Below, in pieces: positions 21,302 to 31,052 of a stretch of DNA of 64,000 nt. The DNA is from Candidatus Poribacteria bacterium (lineage in GTDB: Bacteria > Poribacteria > WGA-4E > JAJDTR01). The stretch spans positions 4,800,001-4,864,000 of the forward strand of contig CBDCTK010000002.1 of assembly GCA_965222225.1 (NCBI GenBank). Reading direction: 5' to 3'. Position 1 is the first letter of the stretch. The number at the start of each line of letters is the position of its first letter. A program made the translations under genes and the position numbers. Under the pieces are notes generated by a model. It ran no database searches. It saw only the letters and a list, made by a program, of their open reading frames with translations, and was not told where the DNA came from.

Positions 21302-21317
21302 AGCAAATAAAATGCCA
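21302..21317 (-). promoter_or_regulatory. Putative sigma54 (-24/-12) promoter for the lipoprotein gene
   Basis: Minus strand TGGCATTTTATTTGCT, GG and GC 12 nt apart, about 60 nt upstream of the start. Confidence 0.5.
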
Positions 21318-21601
21318 CAATCGCTCTTCTCACCGTCTGGCGGAACGGTGGGAAGGTAGGACAATGAAATAATGTAGTTAGAAATCACGCAATTTCGATT
21401 GTAGACAACGTAGATCTGCGTTCCTTGCTTGCTAATTCATAGAAACACACAGGTGTAAAGATGAATACGTACATAAGGAATAAGGAGGGAACTCGATCGC
21501 GTGATTGTATTAACGGTGCGACAATCCTGTGTCAAATATGTTTCAACGCAACTCCAGGATCCGTTGGGACGTTGAACTTCAAAACCGATTCGTGGCAAAG
21601 G

Positions 21602-22003
21602 CTACAGTGTGATTACTTGGTCAGGTGGATTTCCAGCTAGGGCACCATACAGATCCGGAAAACAGCCCACTTGCACACCTTCAACGGTGTTTACAGTGCG
21701 AATTTCACCCGGTTCCGTCCGACCCGTTCCTTCTGCGTCACACCATCTTGGTACGCCTTCAGCCAAGTTGCGCTCCAAAGCGCACATATCACACATCATC
21801 AGAAGCATTCCACTCTCTTTGGCGACTTTCGCGAGCCGTTCTCCTATAGGATCCCCTTTACGCAAGACAAAGTTGTTGTCGTCGAAAAAGAACATCCCGA
21901 CAACTTCAACACCGTGCGTACCAGCCTCAAGTTGAGGCAAAATCATCCGAGCTAATTTGTAACTTGCGGTCCTCGGTAATGCAAATACATATGCTACCTT
22001 CAT
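21602..22003 (-). CDS. DsrE-related sulfur-relay protein (SaoD-like)
   Basis: MILPQLEAGTHGVEVVGMFFFDDN, CDMCALER, GCFPDLY. Confidence 0.8.
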   Translation of the reverse strand: MKVAYVFALPRTASYKLARMILPQLEAGTHGVEVVGMFFFDDNNFVLRKGDPIGERLAKVAKESGMLLMMCDMCALERNLAEGVPRWCDAEGTGRTEPGEIRTVNTVEGVQVGCFPDLYGALAGNPPDQVITL

Positions 22004-22350
22004 CGTTTACAGTTTTTCCCTTCATTTGATTTGGTCAGAATTGAACTTTCCAAACGTGAGCCATCAATTGTACTCTCGCCCATATTGAGTGCATTCTAAA
22101 CGATGCTGCGTAGAGTGTCAAGCGCTTTTAGATGTCGCATCGTGCCTTGCTAACACTCCTTGCCCCTGAAATCAATTTTAACGCTACAAAAATGTTGTAT
22201 CCTCCAACAGGAAGGACAAGTCAGCCCGAAGATTAGCATGATGAAATGGTATGTAGGGCACGTCTCAATGCGCACAAATTCTGCCGAGTGGTACGCCAGA
22301 ATGAGGCATCTCGCAATACTACGCCATGCCCAACATAGTAAATCGGCGGA

Positions 22351-23331
22351 CTAGAATGTGAAGAGCGATTCAAGTGCTATGATGGTTTCTTCGGCATCAA
22401 GTCGTTGCTTAAATTCCGCGAGAAGTAACCAGTTGTCCGTTGCTGAATAAGATGGACTGAGGGTAAACTCTGTCGAACTGTCTTCATCATCCAGACTGAT
22501 ACCACTAAAGCGAAGGGTCACAGCAACTGGAGCTGATATCATATCCGCTAATGAAACATTCGCCATGCCGAGAAAGTGCATTCCGTTTTTGCCGTCAGCA
22601 CCCCAGTCCGTCAACATGTCAATTTCCCCGGCGAGCGTCAACGGTCCCTGCGCGAATTGCACCCATGCGTTGAGTTCGCTTTGTGAATAGTCCTCCATTT
22701 TGTCTATGGCGTAGCCGACCTTGGCGGTGAGTTGCTCCATTGGTGTCAATGCAACTTGCGCTTCGATACCCGGATTCTTCACGTCGGTATCATTCACATT
22801 CCAAACACCGGACAGGAGTGCGACATAGATTCCGACCTGTTTAGCGGGTTTCACATCAACTCCGATACCGTTATGGTAACCGGGATATGGAATTCCCTCA
22901 GAAAAGGAGTATTGAAACAGACCTGTCGGCTCTGCGGCTTCAAAACCCATAGCGCTGAGGAATCGCCCAGCTTTGATGCTTACTCCGGACACGGTCGATT
23001 CGGGTAACGTGTAAGTCACATACCCCTGTTCCAGTTGGACCACTTTTCCGCCAATTGTCCTTGCAGTACTATCAATGTCAACACGGGCGGCGACGGAACC
23101 CTGGTTTAGGTGAAAATCTAGCTCGAACTGATCAAAAGACAAACCTATATCTGTCTCATCACCACCACTAGTCGTAGTGCTTGACATGTCTAGGAAACCC
23201 GAGACCGATAAATCATCGGTCAACTTAATCTCCGCGGACGCGGAGCCGAGGGAAAATGTGAACACAAGAGCAATTACAGCGATTATACTTCTGTAACAGG
23301 CTTCAGATTTTGGATTTGACGAAATAATCAT
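22351..23331 (-). CDS. Outer membrane beta-barrel porin (BBP2-like)
   Basis: Signal peptide, SVSGFLD, DQFELDF, LEQGYVTY, GRFLSAMGFEA, terminal Phe; RBS ggagg before ATG 23331. Confidence 0.8.
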   Translation of the reverse strand: MIISSNPKSEACYRSIIAVIALVFTFSLGSASAEIKLTDDLSVSGFLDMSSTTTSGGDETDIGLSFDQFELDFHLNQGSVAARVDIDSTARTIGGKVVQLEQGYVTYTLPESTVSGVSIKAGRFLSAMGFEAAEPTGLFQYSFSEGIPYPGYHNGIGVDVKPAKQVGIYVALLSGVWNVNDTDVKNPGIEAQVALTPMEQLTAKVGYAIDKMEDYSQSELNAWVQFAQGPLTLAGEIDMLTDWGADGKNGMHFLGMANVSLADMISAPVAVTLRFSGISLDDEDSSTEFTLSPSYSATDNWLLLAEFKQRLDAEETIIALESLFTF

Positions 23332-23734
23332 CAGTTTCCTCCGTTTTTGCTTCAAGAACAGTGAAGTGAAAGGTATGCCACGCCAAACCCGATGAAAAGC
23401 GGTCTACTGCGTGCGTATTCAGTCCTATATGGACAAGCTCTCCGCCCCGGGTAAAACGCCAAGGTTAAGTGGGCGTTGCTATACCACAGTCAACTCACGA
23501 TTTTGACGACTGGAATTCGGGCGTTTTGCCGGAACCCAATGTTTATTATAACCCAAGTTGCTACCTAGTTGAATTGAAAAATCGAGGGGTTTCGTTAGGA
23601 GTGAGGAGTTCACTATTACCTCAACACCTTCTTGAACAACTCCTTATTGAGGAAAATGCCTTGAAAATCCGATGACCTTGTCACTCATATGACCAAACAA
23701 TAGCTGTACCACCTACTCTCCGACCAGGCTCTAA

Positions 23735-24262
23735 ACTCGACTTTGTACATTAGACAGCATAATAGACGATGTCAATCAAGTGTTCAAGAATAGAGAGAGT
23801 GATTTTAATTATCTAGTCTTCTTGGTAGACCATTGAAAAAGTCGTTAATGCTTTCTGATACGGTGTAATACCGTTTCGCTTGAATAATAGTGCATATGAT
23901 GTCATAACTAGATTGTCACATACTCCGTAGGCGGGGATCAAATGAGCGAATAGCGAATGCGATAGAGATCCCCTTGCCCCGCCGAATTTGCGCGGAGACG
24001 CGGAGATAAGACTTATTGTTCAGCTTCACGCAAGTTTCTTCACCTGATTCACGCTATCAATGCACAAGCATTCTAGAGAAATGGTATAACCTGTCGCCCC
24101 GCCGGGGCTTAGGTGCACCGGCGCTCGGCGTTTCTATAAACCTTCCGCCCCTCTGGGGCTTGCAAAAACTTAGCGGAATCCCTATTGCAATCGCTATTTG
24201 TTCTTTTGGTCCCTATAAGAAATGGTGGGCAGTGCCCACCCTACAAATGTACAAAGTCGAGC
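23735..24262. mobile_element. MITE with TIR rCTCGACTTTGTACA and TAA target duplication
   Basis: taa-actcgactttgtaca ... tgtacaaagtcgagc-taa; no transposase inside. Confidence 0.75.
23869..24086. mobile_element. Nested MITE with TIR TACCrTTTCkCTwGAAT and TAA duplication
   Basis: taa-taccgtttcgcttgaat ... attctagagaaatggta-taa. Confidence 0.6.
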
Positions 24263-24734
24263 TAAATTCTTGAGGTCGCTTCGTCTCTGATTCAATCGAG
24301 CTATTAAGTCAAGGGATGGTTCAGGAATTTCATCTTCGATTTGACGGTTGAAAATTGTATAAAACCATGCTAAATGGAGAAATCGCTTAAATTCCGTGTA
24401 ATCTGTGTAATCCGTTTAATCAGTGATTCAGACCGTTCTTATCGCATTCTCGCAACAATCGAAATCTCCCTGACAATTGTCTGAATCGCGGATTAAGAGA
24501 TCCCTATCGATCCCCTACCACCCCAATACGGTTTACCGCACTTGTAATCATTAACAACCTGATCTCGCCCAAAGAAACAGAATACACAGAACACCTAGGC
24601 TGTCACTATAGCCGCGCAAATGCCTGTCAACTTCAGAAACGTACCGAGCAACCGGTATTTGTGCAACAGAGTAAGTCCAATCAGGAACAGGAAGATTCCC
24701 AGAAATATCGTCATCGGTCAATCGCCTTGCCTAG

Positions 24735-25070
24735 TCAGTAGTTTCTGGAGATATACAGTGCTTTAAGCCGGTCGAACAATTCGCGGTCTTCGTCAATTCG
24801 CTTTTCTACACAACCCCCCCAAACCCCATAGAAATCGCCAATCTGGTCAAAAGTCTGCCCGTCAACCTCTTTCCTGACAATTTCAATCAATCGCCTATCG
24901 GGGAAAGACTCGTGCCACTCCGAACACGCTTTTCTTTCTTGCCACCACGACGAGGACTGGATGCCATCCTTGATAGCGGTAACAATCCAAATGACAATGA
25001 TGAGGATGATGACACCGATACAGCCGTCTCTATCTGACTCCGCCTTTGATAATTCCTCATTCTCACTCAT
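24735..25070 (-). CDS. Hypothetical single-pass membrane protein
   Basis: One TM segment (GCIGVIILIIVIWIV); RBS ggggg. Confidence 0.6.
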   Translation of the reverse strand: MSENEELSKAESDRDGCIGVIILIIVIWIVTAIKDGIQSSSWWQERKACSEWHESFPDRRLIEIVRKEVDGQTFDQIGDFYGVWGGCVEKRIDEDRELFDRLKALYISRNY

Positions 25071-25083
25071 AGTCGATCCCCCT

Positions 25084-25533
25084 TCACTTCAGTGTTGCCA
25101 AGCGATCGCCGTTCTTGTCCCATGTGCTTACCGTGCCGTTGCTGTGCTCGTTCACGCTCAGGGCGGCGCGCGATTTATTGCTTCCTTTTCCGTTGACCTA
25201 GACCCGCCCGCCATATTCATCGGTGTTTAGCCCTGCAGCCCATCTTCTCGCTTCGACGAAGACAGCCCCGCCGTCTTCATTGGCGCGCAGTTCTACTGCA
25301 CTCCCCCCTTTGCCCCACACCCAGATCCTTCCGTCTTCACCTTCATAGGCGCGCAGCCATATTCGAACGTTCTCTTTGGCATCCACCACCTTCAGCCCTG
25401 TGCAGATTATCTCCCCGAAAGTTGCGTCCCCGTTCTGCGCCCCGATTGGCATGACGGAACACACCGCCAGTGTTAGTACCGCACCGACACAACCACCAAT
25501 AACCGCATACAAACTGCCTTTTCGATTCATCAT
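25084..25533 (-). pseudogene. Secreted beta-rich protein, paralog of 29040-29423, with internal TAG
   Basis: MMNRKGSLYAVIGG...GGRV*VNGKGSNKSRAALSVNEHSNGTVSTWDKNGDRLATLK; in-frame TAG at 25198-25200. Confidence 0.8.
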
Positions 25534-25541
25534 AAGATTTT

Positions 25542-26060
25542 CTATCGCCCTCGCTTTTTGCTTTGTTCCCTTGAGTATTGCCACAGTGCGCGGTCCAACT
25601 CCCGCATAGTGATCTCGTTTTCTTTCGCGGTACGCCGACAAAACGAGACATAACGTATCCATTCATCAAACGGTGGGGTGTTGGTCTCCTTCTTTACCCC
25701 GACGGTCTCTAAAGCCCGCCAATCGTAAATCGGATAACAGTCGTCATGAAACCAATGCAGGATGGCGGACGCGACGGGCAATCTTACGCCATGCAAACAG
25801 TACAAAACGTCGATTCTCGCCTTCTCGGTTTTCGCCTTGAGCGCAAATCCGGTCAATTCTTCGACAACCCTATCCTCATTTTTTTTGATATTGTGAGAGT
25901 TCCGTTTCGTCGCCTTCCACCTCGAGAGTGTCAACAAATCTGCCTTTCCCAGATAGCACTTACCTTTCACGTCATCCACCAGGCGCTCTACGGGCTTATC
26001 ATTGTCATCGTATTTAGACGCATAGTAGCAAATCTCGGATCTATCCATAAGTAATTCCAA
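25542..26060 (-). CDS. HhH-GPD DNA glycosylase-like protein
   Basis: LHGVRLPVASAILH...YPIYDWRA, RELDRALWQYS. Confidence 0.65.
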   Translation of the reverse strand: MELLMDRSEICYYASKYDDNDKPVERLVDDVKGKCYLGKADLLTLSRWKATKRNSHNIKKNEDRVVEELTGFALKAKTEKARIDVLYCLHGVRLPVASAILHWFHDDCYPIYDWRALETVGVKKETNTPPFDEWIRYVSFCRRTAKENEITMRELDRALWQYSREQSKKRGR

Positions 26061-26072
26061 GTCTAATCCTCC

Positions 26073-26591
26073 TCACTTTTTTTGAACATACACCTCGAAA
26101 TCGGTGACGTGATCTCGTGAGTCTGTTTTAATCGTGTTTTGAACAACGCTGATAGCGTTGGTGCGTCTGTTGATGTCAATCCGGGTTTGGGCGTCAACTT
26201 CGGATTTCAATTTCCGCACTATCCTCCAAGTCTCGCCTTCCCACACATAGATATCAATGTTCTTAATCGGGTCAACAGTATCCATTCGGATGTACCGCAC
26301 AAATCGGGGCGAATCCATGCAGTAATAATAAACCATGCCTCGTCCGCGAGTATGCTCATATTTCGCCTGGCTTCTAAAAAAGACGTTATCTGCCATGCCT
26401 TTCATTATCTGCGTTGGGGACTTCCTCTTGAAGTGATGCTTGGATGCGGATTCTCTATAATACTTTAGTTCCACATAGTATTTGCCTTCTACCTGTTCTA
26501 TCCCGCCGCCGCCAAGGGATTGCCCAAGATCTTTCATCGGCGCACAACCGGACACGCCTATCAGAACGACAACACACATGATAGCTTTCAT
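26073..26591 (-). CDS. Putative lipoprotein, possible discoidin/jelly-roll domain
   Basis: Lipobox VSGC; IKNIDIYVWEGETWRIV...VTDFEVY. Confidence 0.6.
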   Translation of the reverse strand: MKAIMCVVVLIGVSGCAPMKDLGQSLGGGGIEQVEGKYYVELKYYRESASKHHFKRKSPTQIMKGMADNVFFRSQAKYEHTRGRGMVYYYCMDSPRFVRYIRMDTVDPIKNIDIYVWEGETWRIVRKLKSEVDAQTRIDINRRTNAISVVQNTIKTDSRDHVTDFEVYVQKK

Positions 26592-26708
26592 CTCAAACCT
26601 CCTTGAAATTGTGAAAAATACAAAATTTTGGATTTTTGCGATTTGGGAATCCGCACTATGACTGCGTTTGTGGCATTGCCCCGGTTCTTACGCACAGAAA
26701 CAAGCACT

Positions 26709-27108
26709 TTACTGGAGCAACAGGTTCGCCTTATTTAACTCGGAGGCAAGTTTCTCAAGGAATAAGTTCGGGACTACTTCCTTTTCTAGTTTAGCCTGAC
26801 AAACGGGGAACGATTCATCTATCCCCTGACACTTCACCCGGACTTGCCACGGGTATGGATTCGTTCCAAACGCAATCCCCGGTGCGTCCAAGTGCTTTTC
26901 TGCCAATTCGACAAGCCTTCGCGTTCCGTCGGAACACTGAACAAACAATCCCGTCAAATCTCCACACTCGCAAATTACGAATCCTTCGTGCAAGAGCGCA
27001 TATTTCAGCGTCGTCCGGACTTGCCAATTTCTGTTTGTTAGGTCTCCATACTGCTCAACATTATCGGCAAGCACTAAATCACCTTCTTGCGTCTTCGCAT
27101 ATCTCATA
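26709..27108 (-). CDS. Hypothetical protein, weak resemblance to CoiA-type N-terminus
   Basis: MRYAKTQEGDLVLA...ICECG; RBS ggag before the Met near 27108. Confidence 0.5.
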
Positions 27109-27268
27109 CGCAACTTGATTTCATCTCCTTGTGGTTTATTTGCCACACCTGAACTGAGCAACCGCACCCCGTTTTACCAGTCAGCCCGTGGACTGCTTTT
27201 CAGCCATTTGATAAAATCGATAAAACCCTTGGTACTCGCATCTTGTTGGCGCTGTCCTTCGTAACGTG

Positions 27269-28111
27269 CTAGGTGGTTGTCGCAATCCTGCTCCTTGCTA
27301 CAGCCTTGGAGATTGTCTTGATATACCGACGAAAATGCAGCAAAAGAATCTCCTGATCCTTGTTTAGCCAGTCTTGCTCAACTGTTTTTGGGTGTCCAAC
27401 TTCGTTTCGGTTCTCACGATATAAATTTGCAAGCCCTTCCAAGCGCTTCCGGAACTTTTGTTCAAAATGTTTATCGTCATTAAAGGCATTCGGAACAACA
27501 GTATCAGAAAGATATTGAATCAACCCCGCCATAGAGCCACTCTTTTGTTTCCGTTGTATTCCTGTCTGATACTCTGGGACATTCTCGCCTAGGGCGTCAG
27601 CCAGCCAGTGTATGGCTCGCTCTGAAGCAGCACCAAGGCAGATCACAGACGAAATGTACAACTCCTCTTGATAAGCTCGCAGACTTTCGAGGTAGTATTG
27701 TCGGACGACATCATCAAGTCCGCTGATTTGTTGTTCTAATGCAGACACGATTTCCTCGGGTTTGTCCACCAGAAGCAGAACATCGTTGTCAACGTGTGAC
27801 TTTATACCAATAGAGCTAAGACAAATGCGACATGCCCTCCCCGCATCATCGTACACTTTCACCACCAATCCCTTTCTCTCAAGATTAGCGATTGCTTCTG
27901 CGATTTTAACACGATCTTCTTCAGCGATGTCACCTCCTGAAACAGGAAATAAGTATCGTCCTATACCCTTGAAAGAATACGAATTCCAAGTATCCCAAGT
28001 GTTCAGATTTGCCTTGAACCAACGGAATAACACAATCGTGAACGAGTCGATGTCCATGGAACGCATTCGTTCACGTTCTTCGTCACTAAGATTTTGCGTT
28101 TGTCCAAACAT
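27269..28111 (-). CDS. wHTH + HEPN (DUF4145/Abi-like) protein
   Basis: IAEAIANLERKGLV (wHTH-like); ESLRAYQEELYISSVICLGAASE; RNEVGH (Rx4H). Confidence 0.7.
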   Translation of the reverse strand: MFGQTQNLSDEERERMRSMDIDSFTIVLFRWFKANLNTWDTWNSYSFKGIGRYLFPVSGGDIAEEDRVKIAEAIANLERKGLVVKVYDDAGRACRICLSSIGIKSHVDNDVLLLVDKPEEIVSALEQQISGLDDVVRQYYLESLRAYQEELYISSVICLGAASERAIHWLADALGENVPEYQTGIQRKQKSGSMAGLIQYLSDTVVPNAFNDDKHFEQKFRKRLEGLANLYRENRNEVGHPKTVEQDWLNKDQEILLLHFRRYIKTISKAVARSRIATTT

Positions 28112-28127
28112 CGCTTTGAATCTCCTC

Positions 28128-29029
28128 TTAATTGTTCAAAGCGGAAAGAAGCATCCAATTATAATAAACGCTCTCCGCCAAGCCGTCAATCCCGCTTCTG
28201 CCAATTCGCTCAGCCCGTGCATAATGTGCTGGCATCTTCGGACGTTTGCATATCCACGACCGACGCTCCAGCCTGCGCCAGCGACACCGCCGAACCCACT
28301 CGAAGTGAGTGCCCACTGATAAAGCCTTTAATGCCTATTTCGGTCGTCCAGCGCTTGATTGCATTCCTCGCTCCGCGGACGGTGAGCCTGCCATCGGTGA
28401 TATGCCCGCCACGGCGAATTCTCCGAAACAACGCACCCGATTCAATCCCCACCCGCCTGCAGTAACGCCGAATCACGCGGCGTGTGGGTTCGCCGATTTA
28501 GAGCGTGGTGCCTTCGCCTTCCTGATCCGTCTTGCTGGTGTGGAGCTTTAGAACTGACCCGACATCCTCAACATTGACCGCTACCGCCTCCGAGATACGC
28601 AATAGGCAATCACTCATGAGCCTTATCATCGCCGAATCTCTCAGCCCCGCCAGTGTCTTTCTCCCTTCGGCATAACCGCCGACCCGCTCCATATCCGACC
28701 AGGTGATGCCGTCTACTTGACCGCCGCCACTGCCTGTGAAATCGTAGCCGGCGATTTGCCGGCATCGTGGAGTTGCGTGAGGTATGTCGCCAACACGCTA
28801 TCGTTTAATCCGTGTCCGCCAGGATCTCAATCGCCCTCTCTGTCAGGTCGGTTCATCGGTTGTAGTCAATCCGGAATCCGTTCTCGCCGTCATGCATCCA
28901 CGCTTCGAGGTCTTTCAACGCCCGCGATCCGCTTTGGAGGTGTTATCCGAGACGCCGCACCCAATCAAATCCTTCGTGCGTTACGTATCGGCGAGCTCGG
29001 CGTTTCGCCGTGTTCGCTAGTTGATTCAT
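28128..29029 (-). pseudogene. Cre-like tyrosine recombinase/integrase, multiply frameshifted and deleted
   Basis: DSVLATYLTQLHDAGKSPATISQAVAAV, LRDSAMI..LLRISEA, SKTDQEG, SGHSLRVGSA and MPAHY spread over several frames. Confidence 0.85.
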
Positions 29030-29039
29030 ATTCCCTACA

Positions 29040-29423
29040 TCACTTCAACGTCGCCAAGCGATAGCCGTTCTTGTCCCACGTGCTTACCGCACCGTTGCCG
29101 TATTCATTCACGCCCATACCGGCGCGTGTTTTGTCGATTCCTTTACCGAGGACTTCGACCTGCCCGCCGTGGTCATCGACGTATAGCGTTACACCGCCAC
29201 CCGCCCTGCCGAAGACCCAGACCATCCCGTCATCTGCAAAGGTCATTAGCGATACTTTAGTTTTCCCTTCGGCACTCACCACGTTCAGCCCCGTACAGGT
29301 TATCTCTCCGAACGTTGTGTCCCCGTTCTGCGCTCTGATTGGCATGACGGAACTCACCACCATCGTTAGAACCGCCCCCACAACACCGCCGATTACCGCG
29401 TACAAACTCTCTTTTCTTCGCAT
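29040..29423 (-). CDS. Secreted beta-rich hypothetical protein (intact paralog of 25084-25533)
   Basis: N-terminal signal/TM, FGEITCTGLNVV, STWDKNGYRLATLK. Confidence 0.75.
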   Translation of the reverse strand: MRRKESLYAVIGGVVGAVLTMVVSSVMPIRAQNGDTTFGEITCTGLNVVSAEGKTKVSLMTFADDGMVWVFGRAGGGVTLYVDDHGGQVEVLGKGIDKTRAGMGVNEYGNGAVSTWDKNGYRLATLK

Positions 29424-29564
29424 AATCTTTTCCTTCCCTTGATAGATTGTGAAATCCGTGAAAACTATTTAACTGCCGATACCTATTATTATACGCTTTA
29501 GCGTAAGGTCCGCAAAGACACAAAACACCGGTCTCTGCTTCCACACGTCCAAGTTCCCAACCTT

Positions 29565-30548
29565 TCACTCTGTCTCGACCGCGCCATTGTTTGTTTCTGC
29601 AGGCAGTGCTTTCGCCCCATTTCCGATTACCTCCTGCTCAGGGAATTTCAGCGCACGCGTTAGCCGCTCCAGATTCGCAACAAGTTCCTCCGCTCCCCCG
29701 CCAAGAATCTGCTGTCCGGGCGTCTTCAGTGCAAGCGTCAATCTCTCCAAGACCCCGACAATCTGTGCGCCAGACATATTCACCGGCACCGGCTGTTCAG
29801 TCGCCGATAGTCGCCGCAGACTCTCCATCGTCTTGGTCAGCGAATTCGTCAACAACTGCAAATTCTTCGCGGAATGCGTTTTTATCTCCAACTCACGGTT
29901 AATTCGCTCGGCATGTCTGGCTAAGAGTGCAATTTGCTCCACCGGAGATGTGAATGGAATATCACTCACCGCCTGCCTATGCTGTTCCCGTGTTTCACGC
30001 CACAATGCACCGTACTTCGCTTCCGGCCATCGGGCTGACCCGGGCTTCAGGTACGCAAGCCGATGAATCAGGATTTCTCTAAGGCCTTTCCAGCCCATTG
30101 CGTCGTCTTGTGCCAACCGATTTATTGTATTATCTCCCAAGATTAATTCCTGAACCGCATCAGATGTGGATAGTCCGCACGCATGACAGCGAACAACAAA
30201 CTCACGATGTGAATCCGAGATAAAGCCCGTTACACACAGAAGTAGCTCCCTACGGACTGTATCTTCAATCTCGACCGCTTCGGCCTCGATCTCTTGCACT
30301 TCATCCGCATCCAAATCTCCAAGATCGCGGTTTACGGAAATTCCAACCGTTTCCACGGCATAACGTTGCACTCGCTCAATAATCGCCGTAACTCGTTCAT
30401 AGCCGCTCAACCTCTCATACAACGCTTTTACATCCGAACGTAATTCCGACTGCCCCTTTTGCGGAAAATCCCCTTGCAGCGCGTCCTGAAGTGAAGTCTT
30501 CGTTCTCTTTGCAGCCATCGTTTCCTCCATATCAACCAATAAGTACAT
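29565..30548 (-). CDS. DUF2280-like protein (phage small-terminase-like) with extensions
   Basis: REFVVRCHACGLSTSDAVQEL...KYGALWRETREQHRQAVSDIPFTSPVEQIALL resembles the DUF2280 consensus as I recall it. Confidence 0.55.
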   Translation of the reverse strand: MYLLVDMEETMAAKRTKTSLQDALQGDFPQKGQSELRSDVKALYERLSGYERVTAIIERVQRYAVETVGISVNRDLGDLDADEVQEIEAEAVEIEDTVRRELLLCVTGFISDSHREFVVRCHACGLSTSDAVQELILGDNTINRLAQDDAMGWKGLREILIHRLAYLKPGSARWPEAKYGALWRETREQHRQAVSDIPFTSPVEQIALLARHAERINRELEIKTHSAKNLQLLTNSLTKTMESLRRLSATEQPVPVNMSGAQIVGVLERLTLALKTPGQQILGGGAEELVANLERLTRALKFPEQEVIGNGAKALPAETNNGAVETE

Positions 30549-31052
30549 ATATTGTATACATACATAAATAACATACTATATATTGAGTTAGATGCAGTTA
30601 GCAACAGTGGCGTCTGTGTGGCGCGCGTATGGTCCAGATATAGTATGTCATTGAATATTATATACCAAATAACTAGGCCCTCAAGGATATTAAGCTAAAG
30701 TAAGGATTGATACTTGCTATTTCTGTTTCTGAGTATTATTCAGAGTGCCAATCCGATGTAACCCCGCAGAAATCACGCCCGGTGCGGGTTTTGCCCCTTT
30801 TTTGTATCGATGACAGTGCCGCTTTTACTCTGAAAACTCTGAAATTTCCAATAATCTTTTACTTTTAATAGAGATTATCATCTCCGTCCGAGCTTTGCAA
30901 CCTTTTATGCGGGGAATCCCGGCAAAGGTGATTATCACCCTTAGTGCCGCCCACTTTCTCAATATTGCCGCATTACAAAAAACCGTGTGACAACCCTCGG
31001 CATATCTGATATACTTGAAAATCCGGTTAGGACACGCTTCGCTGGAAAGAAA

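Noticed and set aside
23340-23470. Riboswitch upstream of the porin gene
   Set aside because: Contains ggagag but I could not match any known aptamer consensus; an Infernal/Rfam scan would settle it
24016-24273. Short ORFs inside MITEs (also 58530-59035)
   Set aside because: They run across palindromic repeat modules and have no protein-like motifs
30745-30960. tRNA or ncRNA serving as island attachment site
   Set aside because: Only a GC hairpin with a T-tract (about 30760-30803) is visible; no cloverleaf, T-loop or duplicated att sequence found at the other island end
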